Notes: generated from the sequence alone by a model not told the origin. Shown: positions 24,910 to 37,945, numbered from the whole stretch's first letter. The stretch: 62,948 nucleotides of DNA, filler included, from Neoconidiobolus thromboides FSU 785 (GCA_025603075.1; 4 parts of 4 records of this genome joined end to end with filler, not necessarily neighbours in it); one strand, 5' to 3'. Numbers and translations are program-made.

Positions 24910-26156
24910 CTTATTTCTTGGTTCAAGTAAATTATAGAAATACGTTTTTTTCAAAATTTTAAGACGTTTGAAGGATGGGTAAAATACCTAAAGTAACACT
25001 TTCAATTATTTTTTAGTAAATAGAGATATTAACTTATTTCATAATACAAATGCAATTGAATTTCAACTTTTTAAAGTCCATTTTTTATTGCTTTGCTTAT
25101 TCAACTATATATTATATTATTCTTCCCAACTTCATTTTGAAAAATGCCTAGAATTATTATTCTGATAGAGTACTTTTTTTAAACCCGCCCCCAAGTTATT
25201 GATTAAAATGGTGGTTAAAATAAAGTTTAAAGTTAGAAACTTAATAAACTTTAAAAAATAACTCAAATAGAATTGTTGCTAGTTGTTATGTTCAAGAAGA
25301 ATAGTGTATAATACAATTAAAATAGAAGCAGAAGGCAAGGATAGCAAACTTATCAGCATTATATTTATAATAACAATGGCTTGTAATAAGACAGGATATA
25401 GTTTAATTTCTAAAAGAAAAATAAATGCAACTGTTAAAAAGGGGCTATTTCGGTTATTAAAAAACAGGAATTTAATAACTGGAAACAAGGATGGAGATAT
25501 AATTTGTATCACTACACAACAAAAAATAATATCATACTACTGTTTTAAAAGTCTAACCATAGGTGTAGAATATGATATATTTTATATCATCTAGCCAATA
25601 ATGGACAAAGGTCTATTTCCTTTTGGAGTACAAGTGTAATACAACGATAAATATTACAATTTATAAAATTTTGTGTCTATTGAAACATAAGGAAACCTAC
25701 AATAAATTAGAAGTCGAGACTTTTTAATCCTATTAACCTAATTTAACAAAACGCTTTCCTAATGGGTTCAAGCCTTTTTTGAAGATAAATATAAAAGTAT
25801 TCTTACTTTGTCAGTATATAGTTAATAGGCTTTAACGGCAGTAAATGTATAACAAGCTAATAAATGAAGTTAAGCAGAGGGGCTACAAAAAAACGGGTGG
25901 ATTGAGGTAGAAGCAATTAACAATAGTAAACTTAAAGGATCAAATATTTTAAATTAAATAGTAGTAAACATCATTGGTTATGTAGTTTATGTTTTAACTA
26001 GATATGGCTTTATAATAAATCAAATGTGTTAGTATTTTGCCATCTTTTAGAAATTGCAATTTCTTATTTATTTTTTAGTTAACAAATGATATCATTTAAT
26101 TTAAATATTTATACTATCTAAATTAAAATAAATTTTAATTAAAAAAGTACAGAAAG

Positions 26157-26165
26157 TATAAATAG
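26157..26165 (+). promoter_or_regulatory. Candidate TATA box of orphan paralog A
   Basis: TATAAATAG is conserved at the equivalent position (29320-29328) in the duplicate while surrounding sequence has diverged. Confidence 0.45.
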
Positions 26166-26211
26166 ACTACAAATGGAAGATAAGTCAACTATATTCTGAT
26201 CAAAATCCAAA

Positions 26212-26520
26212 ATGCAATATTCTTTTAAAAAAGCGTTAACTAAAGTACAGAGCATATGTCAGTCGGAGAAGGAAGAGCTCAAGTTGCAACTAGGGAACAA
26301 GCTTCAGTTCGTAAGGCCTAAAAACAGAGCGACTAAACCTAAATTCATTGAAAATAGACATAGTGGCTATGAATATTATAAGATTGATTTTAAATGTGAC
26401 TATAATTTTGATGTCGACTTTGAGTTAAAGGGAACTAAGAATAAGAGGAGCATAGTTCCTATTGACCACATGTTGATCAGTAAGATTCCAGAGATTTTGG
26501 ATTTAATGAGTAAATTTTAG
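26212..26520 (+). CDS. Orphan small basic protein, paralog A (possibly truncated by a nonsense codon)
   Basis: Clear paralogy to 29380-29745 (MQxSFKKxLxKVQS...EELKxQLxNKLQF). TATAAATAG lies 55 nt upstream. Confidence 0.45.
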   Translation: MQYSFKKALTKVQSICQSEKEELKLQLGNKLQFVRPKNRATKPKFIENRHSGYEYYKIDFKCDYNFDVDFELKGTKNKRSIVPIDHMLISKIPEILDLMSKF

Positions 26521-29319
26521 CTTACATTGATATCTTGTTAACAGATTCAGCTAGCTTTGGAGAGAAGCAGATCTCTGATAGGATTTAACGAAAGGTGATT
26601 GACGCTGTAATATGATCTTTTAAAATTGTTGAGTTTATTTATTATGATAATATCAAATCAATTGTTATTGCTTTTTTTATTATATCAATAAACCTATTAA
26701 TCCTAAAATTGTCTTGAAGCTTTTTTAAGTATCTTTATTATGATGATATTATAACTTTAAGAGCTAATATAAATAAATAACATAGATATCAATGTAGTGT
26801 ACTAACAAAGCATACACCATTTCAATTTCAGCATTCATGTTCTTTTTACAGCTTCATCCAAAATAAACTCGACCAATTTACAAGAGCTCTTGGTATATCA
26901 GTTAAATTTTTAAAGTAAACAAAAGATAGCTATCAAAGTAAACTAAACTATGGTTTCAAATCTATAGTTCATTATCTTTTATTCGTATTGTTTGTTACGA
27001 ACTATAAAAAACATTGTAAATATTACAAACATTTGGATTTTTTCAATTTAGTGTATAAATTACCTATCAATAAAAGCATATGGAATAAAGTCTAAAATCT
27101 AAAACTTGAGATAACTAATCATATGTAAATGGAAGCCTACTTAAATGCATAAATGCTATAAAATAAAATCTAGTGTAATTTATTATTTTAATAACTAAAT
27201 TTTTAAAAGATACGCATATAAACTATCTCATATAATTTCTACTTAATTATTACGATACCAACATAAAATGAGTAACTCAAATAAAAGCAACTCTTATCCT
27301 AATCATTCAAGGTGTTATAATAATGACGCTACCACGAACAAATAATGAGAGAGGTAAAAGCTAATGACACTTGTTTTGTACATTTTTTCATGCTATAAAT
27401 ATATCTAGTGAAACTGAGTCATATCAAGATATAGATGTTGAGACCCAAAAGTAGATGGACAAAAGAATTAAAATGAGCAATAATATGGAGGATAGATACC
27501 CAATATCTAGTGGAAAAAAAGCAAAAGTTATCAGATTATTAAATTTTGCTTTATAGAAACGAGCTAGTTTAATTCATTAATTTTCTGGTTTTTTTCTGAT
27601 TATACTGTCTTTTTCAATCGTAAAAAAAGCTAGAACTTGAAAATTAAGCCTAAACTGCTTTTTAAGATGTCCTAGTGGTTAAAAATAGGAGCTGTTAAAA
27701 TAAGCTTTAGCTTTATAAAATATTGAAATTATTTTAAACGCCAATTTTTATACTAAAGCGGCATTGAAAAAGCGCTATGTACTAATCTACGCAGAGTTTT
27801 TCTTGGTCACTTCTGATCTTATACATTTTTTAAAAATGTATAAAACTTTGACGGTTTAGCAATTGCAAGAAAAAAATAAAAAATTAAACAATACTACAAA
27901 TTTCAGTATTCTGTTTAGTTTTCTTGCTTGTAGTTGCTAAATCATCGAGGTTTTATACATTTTTAAAAAAGGCGTAACAAAAACAAAAAAAGATTTAAGC
28001 TCATACCAGTTATCTTGTTTAGACCAAGGAGCTATATTATAGGCTATCACCTCATCTCCTATCTTTCATGGCAATAGCATAATCTTATAGTTTGATCCTT
28101 TCTAATTGGCCAATTCTTATGTCTCCTTATTGGTTGAAATCAATTTTTAATCATTTTTAAAAATTTACACTATCCTTTTAGGTAAGGACAAAAGATAACC
28201 TTTTAAATACGTTACAAAGTAAAATTCAGAAAAAGGATTGTTAAAAATGGAAAAAGGCAAAACAACATGTTTTGCCCATCCTTACTCAAAGGATGTTAGT
28301 TGCTTTTATTTACTTACCTTATTCGCCTATAGTTCATCTTATTAATTGCTATTTATTAAAAGATGCCTAGAGATGTTTTATAGCTTTAGTATACTTTATT
28401 TCAACAAACCCGCCCCCAGTCTATTGATTAAAAAATGCCTTTGATTAAATGGTGGTTGGAATGAATTTAACTTGATAAATAAATCTTTGAAAAAATAACT
28501 GAAATAGAATTTCACAATAACTGCCATATTTATATGTTTAAGATAATATATGATACTATAACTATAGTTAGAAATGAGAAATATGTGTTAATAGGTCTAA
28601 CAATATGCCTTCAATAATAACACTTTATCACACCGAGACAAAAGATAAATCAATACGTTAAAGAAAAATAAATAAGATAGTAGAAAATGGGGTTATTTAG
28701 GTTATTAAATATGATCGATCAATGAAAACAATAAAGATGGTGATAGAAGTTATCATTACTACACGACAAAAAGTGACCAATTTACTACTATTTTTTAAAT
28801 CTAAATTCTAGGTGTAAAGTGAAATTCAATATATCCATATAGTTGATGAAAAAGCTGAAATTTTTTGTTTTAGTAATACAAACGCAATACATCGGTATTT
28901 TCATTACTATCGTAACATAACATTGTTAGTCAAATTAATAAAAAAGATAAATAGAAAAAAGAAAAGTGACTTTGTTTTACTAATAGAAGCAGTTAATAAA
29001 ATTTAGGGGCAGCAAGCATATAGCAAGTCAATAAAGAGATTTAAATAAGGGGAATTAAAAAAAGGATGGGGTGAACCAAGGTAATAAGTACTATCAGTAG
29101 TAAACATAGGGAGTTGAATGTTTTAAATTGGATAAATTAAAATTATTAATTATATAGCTTTATATGTTAGCTTTATTTAGCTTTATGATGAAATAAAAGT
29201 GTAAAACTTTTAATCTTTTAAAATTTCTATTTTTTATTTGCTTATTAATTAGCTAATGAAGTCATTTGCATTTTAATTTTAATAATATTGTAAACTAAAT
29301 TTCATTTTGAATAAAAAGG

Positions 29320-29328
29320 TATAAATAG
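29320..29328 (+). promoter_or_regulatory. Candidate TATA box of orphan paralog B
   Basis: TATAAATAG 60 nt upstream of ATG 29380, conserved with 26157-26165. Confidence 0.45.
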
Positions 29329-29379
29329 TGTAAAAATGCTAGATAAAAATAAACGTATATAACTTAATTTGAACCCTCA

Positions 29380-29745
29380 ATGCAGAAATCTTTTAAAAAA
29401 GTCCTAAGTAAGGTACAGAGTCTTTATCAGCGAGAAGAAGAAGAACTCAAGATACAATTATGTAATAAGCTTCAGTTTATAAAGTGTGAAGGCAGAACGA
29501 TCAAATCCAAATTTAATAAAAAAAGGTATAGTAGTTATGAAGATTATGATGTTGATTTTAGTTGGGGGTCACATTTCGGTTCAGATTTAGCATTAAAAGA
29601 AGCTAGGAATAAGATGAAGATGGTTCCTTTTGATCTAATGTTGATGTATGGGTTCCCAGACTCATTGGATTCGGCAAATAAATTTCAATCTACTATTCAC
29701 ATCTCATTAACACCTAAGGTGGCTACACATTTAAATAATAATTAG
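29380..29745 (+). CDS. Orphan small basic protein, paralog B
   Basis: 121-aa ORF paralogous to 26212-26520; no family recognised. Confidence 0.5.
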   Translation: MQKSFKKVLSKVQSLYQREEEELKIQLCNKLQFIKCEGRTIKSKFNKKRYSSYEDYDVDFSWGSHFGSDLALKEARNKMKMVPFDLMLMYGFPDSLDSANKFQSTIHISLTPKVATHLNNN

Positions 29746-30438
29746 TAATATATAATTTTATTTCATTTTCTTTTAATATTCAAGTTCTGGTTGATATTTT
29801 ATCTTTCTATTCACGATGAATTCACTATTACATATGAATGCTATTTTATATATTAAACAAAGTTTATATTACTTAAATAAAATTCAATAAATAGTAACTA
29901 TTTTAAATTAAAACACTAGTGTGGTTATATTGATTCATCTATAACTGATATAGGCTGTGTACGCATCGACGAGACATCTGATCAGATCAAAATATCACAA
30001 GTTTAGTTTTCATTCAATTGCAAGAGAATTTCATAAAAAGATATCAGCAGTTTATTACATCAGTTTTCTTCAGATAGTACTCTAACCCCACTTTTAGTAA
30101 GTTAGTTAAGATAACAACATTGTATTGATTACTGCTATACTACTGCGTTTATTTCATATAGCTTGCTATTGCAAAAATGTTATCGTCCTTAAATATCTTT
30201 CACTTTTAAGGCTTATTTTTACTCATGAACATTATCCTTTCCTCAATGCAAATCATACTTAAGGAAATAGCTTTAATGTTTGCGATAAAAAGTACTCTAT
30301 ATTTTAAAAACTATAGATTGTAAATCACTAAGCACAAAAATAATTTTGTTTGGCCTTAGCTTTAATAAAATATTTCAATGCACCAAAATTTTTAACTTTA
30401 TTAGATGAATTAATAAATAATATTTTTAATTTTTTACA

Positions 30439-30542
30439 GTATGGGGTTATTTTTCTAGTTCCACTATTTTTCCATTTTTTAAGCGCTATTTGAGTGGAAA
30501 GATTATAGTAAAATTCTTAAACAAAAAAACACATCCCCGCAT
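30439..30542 (-). mobile_element. MITE family A copy 6
   Basis: gtat-GGGG...ACATCCCC-gcat; 69 bp are identical to copy 13. Confidence 0.75.
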
Positions 30543-30582
30543 TGTATTTTCAAAAAAATACCGAAACTTAGAGCCAGATTTA

Positions 30583-32265
30583 CTATTTATACTCATCAAA
30601 CTTTTGAGTATTATGAATATCGATAGATTTAATCATAAAAACAGTAATCAAGAATCCAATCTCTGCCAAACCACAAGATATAGCCGAAATGGTCATTTGA
30701 CCATCTCCAAAAGCAGTTACAACCTGCTCGGATCGATTTTCTGGCAATCCCCAAATATAGGTCATTTCATTCATAGCCTTAGTGATATCAATGTTACCCT
30801 CAACATATTTCTTTATCAATTCTGGTATCACTTGATTCCAAACGGTACCAGCAACTGTATTTCCAAATGCACTGAAAATACCTCGTAAAATTTGAGCAGT
30901 ACCAGTTATTGTTGCTACGTTTTTTCTACTTACTGAACCTTGGTAGGCCACAACAATCCCTATATCTAAGATAGTTTGTCCTACGCCAGCAATCGTTTGA
31001 GTGACATGAATTGAAAACTCGGTAGAATGTGGAAGTCTAGAAGGAATCATGGTGCCTATACCGATACAGTTTAAAGCAGCACCTGCAATCAAAAAATATT
31101 TTAAATTTAGTTTCTTTTTAATTGAGAAAGCAACAAAGAAACCAGAAACCAAATACCCCATCTGATAACCTTTGAATAATAAAGTGACTCTTGTTGGATC
31201 CAATTTTCGAGTAATCATGAAATACAATAAAAAGCATTGCCAATTTAAACTGCTATCAATTCCAACACAGACCAAAATTAATATGGCACCTAAAGCTGTC
31301 CTATTCTTTAATAGTTTTAAAGGAATTGATGATTTGTTGGCGTATTTGTACTCCCATAAGATGAGGATTATTAATAAAACAGCTCCTAAAAGAATTAGTA
31401 AAATCATACTAGGTGTCTTCCAGCCATTTCCTAAGGTGCCAGCAATATTCAGAGGTAGCAAGATCATGATTAAACTGGCAATGAGCAAGAAGAACCCAAT
31501 TAGATCTATTTCTTTATAAATCTTTCTTAAACTATAAGTAGCCTCAAACTGACGGATACTTATTAAAATATCAGTTTGTCTTTTAGCTTTACGATGTAAA
31601 TGAAACATGGTGATAAAAAATAGAGCAATAAAAAGTACAAACGCAATAGCTGGAATTTTTGTACCCCATCGCCAGCCGAGATTTTCAGATAAAGGGGTAG
31701 CAAGGAAAGTGGCTAACCAGCTATTGATTGCAAGTGGGACTAAATCAAGTGCCTCTAAAATAGCTCAATTTTCTAGTGAGGTTAAGTCAGCCATCAGGAT
31801 TAATTTAATGGTTTCATACCCAGTGGAACCAATACTGGCGAGTAGCCAGCCTGAAAAGTAAGTAGAAAAAGAGATAACAGTTGAAATAAATATTAAGCCT
31901 ATTAAGTAAATAGTTAAGCTAAGTAAAAATAATTCAGTACGTCCAAAATAGTCGGTGAACTTAGAGTATAATGGAATCAAAATAGTTCCAAGTAAATTTG
32001 CTATTACAGATAGGACACTTGTTAAGGAATTGGAGCTGAATTCTTCTAGTGATATGTTTAGAAGATTATAGCGGAAATCGGATTCTAAAGAAGTTATGAA
32101 TGTGATCAAGAACAGACCTATATAGCATAACCATAGTTCTTTTTGAGCCATTATGCTACGTATGCTTGCCATCCTTTGGGCCCCTAATTCATCTAAATTA
32201 TACTCAATAGTTTCATCTCTCTTATTTGATTTAATACCGAACTCGCCTGCTAAATTACAATTCAC
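30583..32265 (-). pseudogene. MFS siderophore-iron transporter (Str1/Sit1/MirB/ARN family) interrupted by a single in-frame TGA at 31765-31767
   Basis: Track ORFs 31765-32265 and 30583-31608 are in the same frame. The 52 intervening codons read AILEALDLVPLAINSWLATFLATPLSENLGWRWG. Family motifs: KFTDYFGR, ADLTSLEN[R], WRWG, EIDLIG, IPLKLLKNRTALGA and GNTVAGTVWNQ. Confidence 0.85.
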
Positions 32266-32805
32266 TTTTTATCAATAGTCTGATAAATACTATTTTAGTC
32301 CTTGTATACTGTTACTCAAATAAGCCCTAATTTTCTTATCTGATTTTTAAATGAACTATACTTTGATATTGTTTATTTCATTTCACCTGCTTTGTTATTA
32401 GTTAATCAGATTTTCATTAATGAAATAATTATTAATTTTTACAATCTTTGCCTGAGATAATAGAGCCTAGTAATGTAAGATGAAATAATTTATTTACAGA
32501 CTTGACAGTTTGTCGTACTTTTTTGAATAATACAAATTAAATACTGAAGCTTATTATTTTTCGATACTTTGGGCTATACCTCTGTTTATGATATTGATAT
32601 TAAACCAAATTATAAAATATGTACAAAATAAAGTATTTTATAATGTTTGGAAGGTAATAAGTGGCTTAATGAAGAGTAGAAAACAATTGGCTTATTCTAG
32701 TGTATTAAAAATAAAGCTTTAACCTCAACCCTAGTTATAATCTTGATGCTAACTCTAACTACTTTAATCCCCTAACTTCAATATTAGTCCCAGTCTTTAT
32801 CATAT

Positions 32806-32910
32806 ATATGAGGGTGTTTTTTTTGGCTTCATCACTTTTTCCATCTTTTAAACACTATTTGAGTGGAAAGATTATTAGTAAGATATCAAACAAAAAATAC
32901 ATCCCCATAT
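32806..32910 (-). mobile_element. MITE family A copy 7
   Basis: atat-GAGGGTGTTTTTT...AAAATACATCCCC-atat. Confidence 0.8.
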
Positions 32911-33464
32911 GTTTTAATTAAAATGTAGCAATTTTAGAAATGATAACTTTTATATTTATAATAAGTTTATGTTATAATATTCTAATAAATATATTTATTT
33001 AAATAAGTTAATAAATAAGCAATTTAATTTAAAAATAAATATAAGTATCTTAAATTAAAAAATATTAGTATTCCATATTATTTTTAAATTACAGCATTTA
33101 TATTTTAATATAAACTAGACTTATCAGTTTTTTTAAATTACTTATTTTATATCAAGAACAATATATATATTAAAATAAAATGTAACTATTTTCATTTTTT
33201 TATTCTTATTTTTATTCTTATAATATTTATATATAATTAAGTTGGCATCTATTTATAGCATAGTTTTCCAGTTTATACTTCCATTTTCTATCTCATTTGT
33301 CTCCAGTGATTGGCTTTTTATTGTTTTTTAAGCTAGCTAAGGTCAAAAAAGCAGGGGAACTTCAGTGACAATTTAGCTTATGCAAAACACATTTTGCTTT
33401 CTATCAACTAGCAAATTGTCCAGATTTCGAGCTTAAAAATTGGAAAAAGAACCAAAAAAATATA

Positions 33465-33570
33465 ATATGGGAGTGTTTTTTTTGACTTCATTATTTTTTT
33501 CATTTTTTAAGCGCTATTAAGCGGAAAATTTGTTAGTAAAATTATTAAATACAAAAATACATCCTCATAT
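33465..33570 (-). mobile_element. MITE family A copy 8
   Basis: atat-GGGAGTGTTTTT...AAAATACATCCTC-atat. Confidence 0.8.
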
Positions 33571-33681
33571 ATACAGATATTTAGAACAATAATTAAAATG
33601 TTGAATTTAAAATAGACAGGTAGGTAAGTTTTTACCTCTTTTCATGTTTTTGTTAATCCCTTTTTGAATTCTATTTAATCT

Positions 33682-33786
33682 ATATGGGGGTGTATTTTAG
33701 GTTTAAAAATTTTACTAATAAAATTTCCGCTCAAATAGTGCTTAAAGGATGGAAAAAGTAATGAAGCCAAAAAAACATCCTCATAT
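33682..33786 (+). mobile_element. MITE family A copy 9 (inverted relative to copy 8)
   Basis: atat-GGGGGTGTATTTT...AAAAACATCCTC-atat. Confidence 0.8.
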
Positions 33787-34101
33787 AGTAATTAAAAATA
33801 TTACCCTTCTAATAATATTGTAATATTCATGTAAGTATATAAAGTTTTAAAAATAATATTTATATTGCTTTGATAGCTATCATTTTCATTTATTATTTCA
33901 CTTTATATAAAAAGGACTTAAATTTAATCAATAATCTAATAAAAGCTTGGAGATAAATATAAAAACATTATTTATATCCCTTTCAATTTTGCTTATTAGA
34001 AACTTATCAAAAACTTAAGAATAGCCCATAGAATTTACTGGTAGAACTTTAAAAAAATCAACATATAACTCAAGACAAAATTACGTCAGCTATAACATGT
34101 T

Positions 34102-36046
34102 TTAATTTTTAATTATAGAAACTTCGATAGGTTCACCAGGTTTAGTAGTAACATAATTTTTGCGACTAATTTTTTTCTTATCAATCCTTTTGAAAGTGAA
34201 GTTTCTTATCATATTTGCACAAACTAAATACAATTCCATCCAAGCCAAACTAAACAAATAAAATAAACTATGCAATTAAACCATTAATTAAAAACTTACG
34301 TTCTACCAACACAAGCTCTAGGCCCTATTAAAAAGGGTGAAAAATTTGAATTAGTTTTGAATTTTCCATCTTCTAGCCATCTTTGAGGGTCGAAGACATT
34401 TGGGTTTTTCCATACTGAGGGTGAATTATGTAAAGCATTAATGGTTACTCCAACAGTGACCTAAAATTCATCAATAACTTAACTTTTAATTATCTTATAT
34501 TTTACCTTTTCTGGTATATAATAACCATCAATTACCCTACCTCCTTTAGGTACAACTCTTGTTGGCGCACTACCAGCTACTGGTAAGATTCTTAAACTTT
34601 CGTGAATTACGGCACTAAGATAATGACATTCTGACTTACATTTAGTATAAGTAATTAAGTCTTTATCTGGGAATATTGCAAGCATTTCTTCTTTGACTTT
34701 TTTATATACTTCTGGATTATTAGTTAACGAATAAAATATCCTAGTTATGTTGATTAATTTTCTAGCAATGTTAACTATACTACATTAGATTACCATGTAA
34801 GCGAATTTGAAGTAGTATCAGTTCCAGCACCACTTTAAAAAAGAATACATTAATTAAATTAAGTAAATTAAGTCTTATGATTACATTTGTAAAATCGACT
34901 CCTCAGCTATTTCTTTTTCACTCAAATGCTCTCCGGTATCTGGGTCTGTTGCTTTGATTAAAGTATTTAAAATATTGGCTCTGTCTGGGCTATTTCTAGC
35001 TTCTTTTATTGATTCATATGTAAACTAAGTTTGATTTAATAATTGCAATGGCAGCTCTAGTAACTATTACCTCATATAGCTTTTTAATACTATCAAACTG
35101 ATGGTATTTCAAAAACGGGAACAAAAGTACCTAATATCATATGAATACTACGTAAAATATAAATACCAATACTATACCAAAATACTGAGTTTGGATATAT
35201 CATGTGTCCATTTTACTATTGGATGATAACCATCCCTTAACATGTTGAATGATTTACCAAACGCTAGGTCTCCAATTATATCCTATTATGTTATTATAAA
35301 CAGAAATGATTTACAAAAATAGCCTACAAAAGCAAAGTAATGAAAGTAAAGACCAAGATCTAACTTTTGGTTTTGAGTTGCAAGAGCATCCACTTTATTG
35401 ACGAAAATGTCAACATTCTTTTTTACTAAATGTTCTATGCTCTCTATTGCCTTCTCCGAGAAAGATGGTGCAATGATTTTTTTCTAACTGTTAATTTTTA
35501 TCTTATAGATTATTTAAAACATTACTCTTTGACGATGAAAAGCTCTACTTCTATTAAATTATTAATTATAGCTATCTAATACTACTTCTTCATTACCTTG
35601 TACTAAGAATGGTTTCTCCTATTATTTGAAATATTTCATAAGTCTGATCCTTTATGTAAGAATAAGTTGAGTAAATCTCTTTTAGTGCTGAATCCGAGGA
35701 AAAGGATATTTTACTCCAGCCTGATTTCATTATTACTATTATCATAATGATTAACTTTAACCTTGATACTTACTCAACCTTACTACATTTCCGTGTTTTT
35801 TATGCAGATTGAGAGCATACTCTGGATAAGTACCATTTATTATATAGATATAATTTACAAAGGGAAATATCAAGTTGATTAATGGCCCAGGTACATTTTT
35901 TAATGGACTAAAAAATATACTGTGTATAACCTTCAAAGACAAAATTAGGTTAAAACAAGTAGATATAAATAATCAACTACTTTATAAACATAAAAGGCCA
36001 GAAATAATACAAGGAAAGACCCCAATACTGAAATCAAAGTAAACAT
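34102..36046 (-). CDS. Cytochrome P450 monooxygenase (CYP53-clan-like), intact, ~13 short exons
   Basis: Manual splicing at GT-AG sites gives a continuous frame: N-terminal TM anchor, PLKNVPGP, DIIGDLAFGKSF, DPDTG, GAGTDTTS (I-helix), ESLR (ExxR), FDPQRW and FLIGPRACVG (heme Cys). The clan assignment is tentative. Confidence 0.93.
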
Positions 36047-37402
36047 TTTTAAATTATAAATGTATTATGTTTTTCTCTTTTATATTTGCCTTGCTGAGAA
36101 TAATATACCCTTTTATGAAACTATTCTAAAATTAATTGTCATATCATTCTATTTTCCGCCTTTATAATTTAAATTTTATAAATTAGTTAGACAGGTGAAC
36201 ATATAGAAATATAGAGAATTGTATATCCGGAAATAGTTTAAAAAACTTAAAAAACTTTATGACCCTACTTTTAGCATTCATACTAATAGCTTTAATTAGT
36301 AAACTATTTACTTCAAAAAGTATATTATACTATATCATATAACAGTTATTGACTTATACTAAGCTTTCAATAGTATCAACCAATTGATCGCTTTTACACT
36401 GAAATTATAAAATGAACCATAGAGTATTGAATTTGAATTTATTGTTCAAGTTTGCTACTTTAATCATCTTGCATAAATGCAATTAAAAGTTTATAGCTAG
36501 TGCAATAAATACATATTTTTCTATTATTAGAAAATAAAAGTTAATACAGACTATCACAAATTTCAAAGCTGGTAAATTAGTCACATATTAGCACAGGCAA
36601 CAGTAATTTAGAAAGACCTATTTCAGTGCAGATACATTGATTCAGGGTGCTATATAGACCTTTTAATTAAAAACAATTGAAGCGTTTTTTTCATTTTAAT
36701 TAAACTTTTATACTTGAGCTACAACTACTGCAATTGTATTGGGATCCGCTTTGCGTTAACTCCTAGAATTAGCTATTTTCACCTATTGACTATTTCAAGC
36801 TTAATCTTGAATTTTGAATCTAACTTTGGCAATTATTATTGTTAAATGAACAGTTAAAAAAGTCTCAGTAGAATTGGAATAGTCGTATTGTAATAAAAAT
36901 AATTTAGGTAGTTTTGAGCTAAAGTTTTACCGTACCGATATTTTTATTAGATCATTTTATTAAAAATTGATCATTTCTATTTTTTGTACTGGCTTTTTTT
37001 ATATTTCTAAAGAGTCATACAACTTCCAAGCGTTTTATTCAATAAAATAGCTTAATAAAGTTTAATAAAGAAGAGACAGTGGTTGAGTAGTTTCTCATAT
37101 CTACTCTTATTCATAGCTAACTATAACTTAACTTATTAAATTCCTTCGAATAAGTGATTTTTTATTTTTATTTAAAAATGAAATTGATAGACCTACTATC
37201 GCTATTTGCAAAAGAGAGTTTATTGTGTGTTTGATAAATTTACTAAAGTATAGAAGTACAGGAAATATTAACCGACATCTTAGATATGGTTTTTGAAGTG
37301 CCAATTTAGTCTTATAAAAGATCAGTCCTATTATGAGGGCCTAAAACGATTTGATATATGTATTTTATTTAGTACAAAGTAAAATTTAGATATGAATAAA
37401 GT

Positions 37403-37506
37403 CTATGGAGATATTTTTTGATTTCATTATTTTTCCATCTTTAAGCGCCATTTAAGTGGAAAGATTATTGGTAAAATTCTTAAGCAAAAAAATACATTCC
37501 CCTATG
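37403..37506 (-). mobile_element. MITE family A copy 10
   Basis: GGAGATATTTTTTG...AAGCGCCATTTAAGTGG...AAAATACATTCCCC. Confidence 0.7.
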
Positions 37507-37842
37507 CTCAATTTCTATGCAAACTTTTAAAATTTCTTGAAAAGACTAAATCCTTAAAGTAAATTAAAAGAAGATAAGGCGAATCCATAATAGAAAAATC
37601 TGCCTTCCACATTGAAATCTGGCTAGATAAAGTTTGGCAACTAAAATTATTAGTCCATACTATCTTCCATCTAATAAAATAGAACTCAATCAAGGTAAAG
37701 TTAGTTTTTTTGGCAAAATTTTTATGCAAACTTTAAAATGGTAAAAGTGACAAAACAAAAAAACAGCCTTACATTTTCAATTTGGGTATATATCCATGAA
37801 AGTTTAAATTTTTGTTCTTATAATGTTCTGATAATTTTTAAG

Positions 37843-37943
37843 AAATGGGGATGTATTTTTTTTATAAATTTTGCTAATAAATTTTCCGCTCAAATAGCGC
37901 TCAAAAAATGGAAGTAATGAAATTAAAAAAAACATCTTCATAT
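37843..37943 (+). mobile_element. MITE family A copy 11 (tandem with copy 12)
   Basis: aaat-GGGGATGTATTTTT...AAAACATCTTC-atat. Confidence 0.75.
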
Positions 37944-37945
37944 AC

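Noticed and set aside
31765-31767. Genome-wide TGA reassignment or selenocysteine
   Set aside because: TGA terminates SGF29 (16222-16224) and PUS1 (54001-54003), and the position aligns to Arg rather than Cys or Trp.
31607-31861. Frameshift or overlapping-gene explanation for the split MFS
   Set aside because: This ORF is on the opposite strand, and the two MFS halves are in one frame separated only by a TGA.
23731-36046. GMC + MFS + CYP secondary-metabolite cluster
   Set aside because: The GMC gene is on a different contig and no PKS, NRPS or terpene synthase is present.
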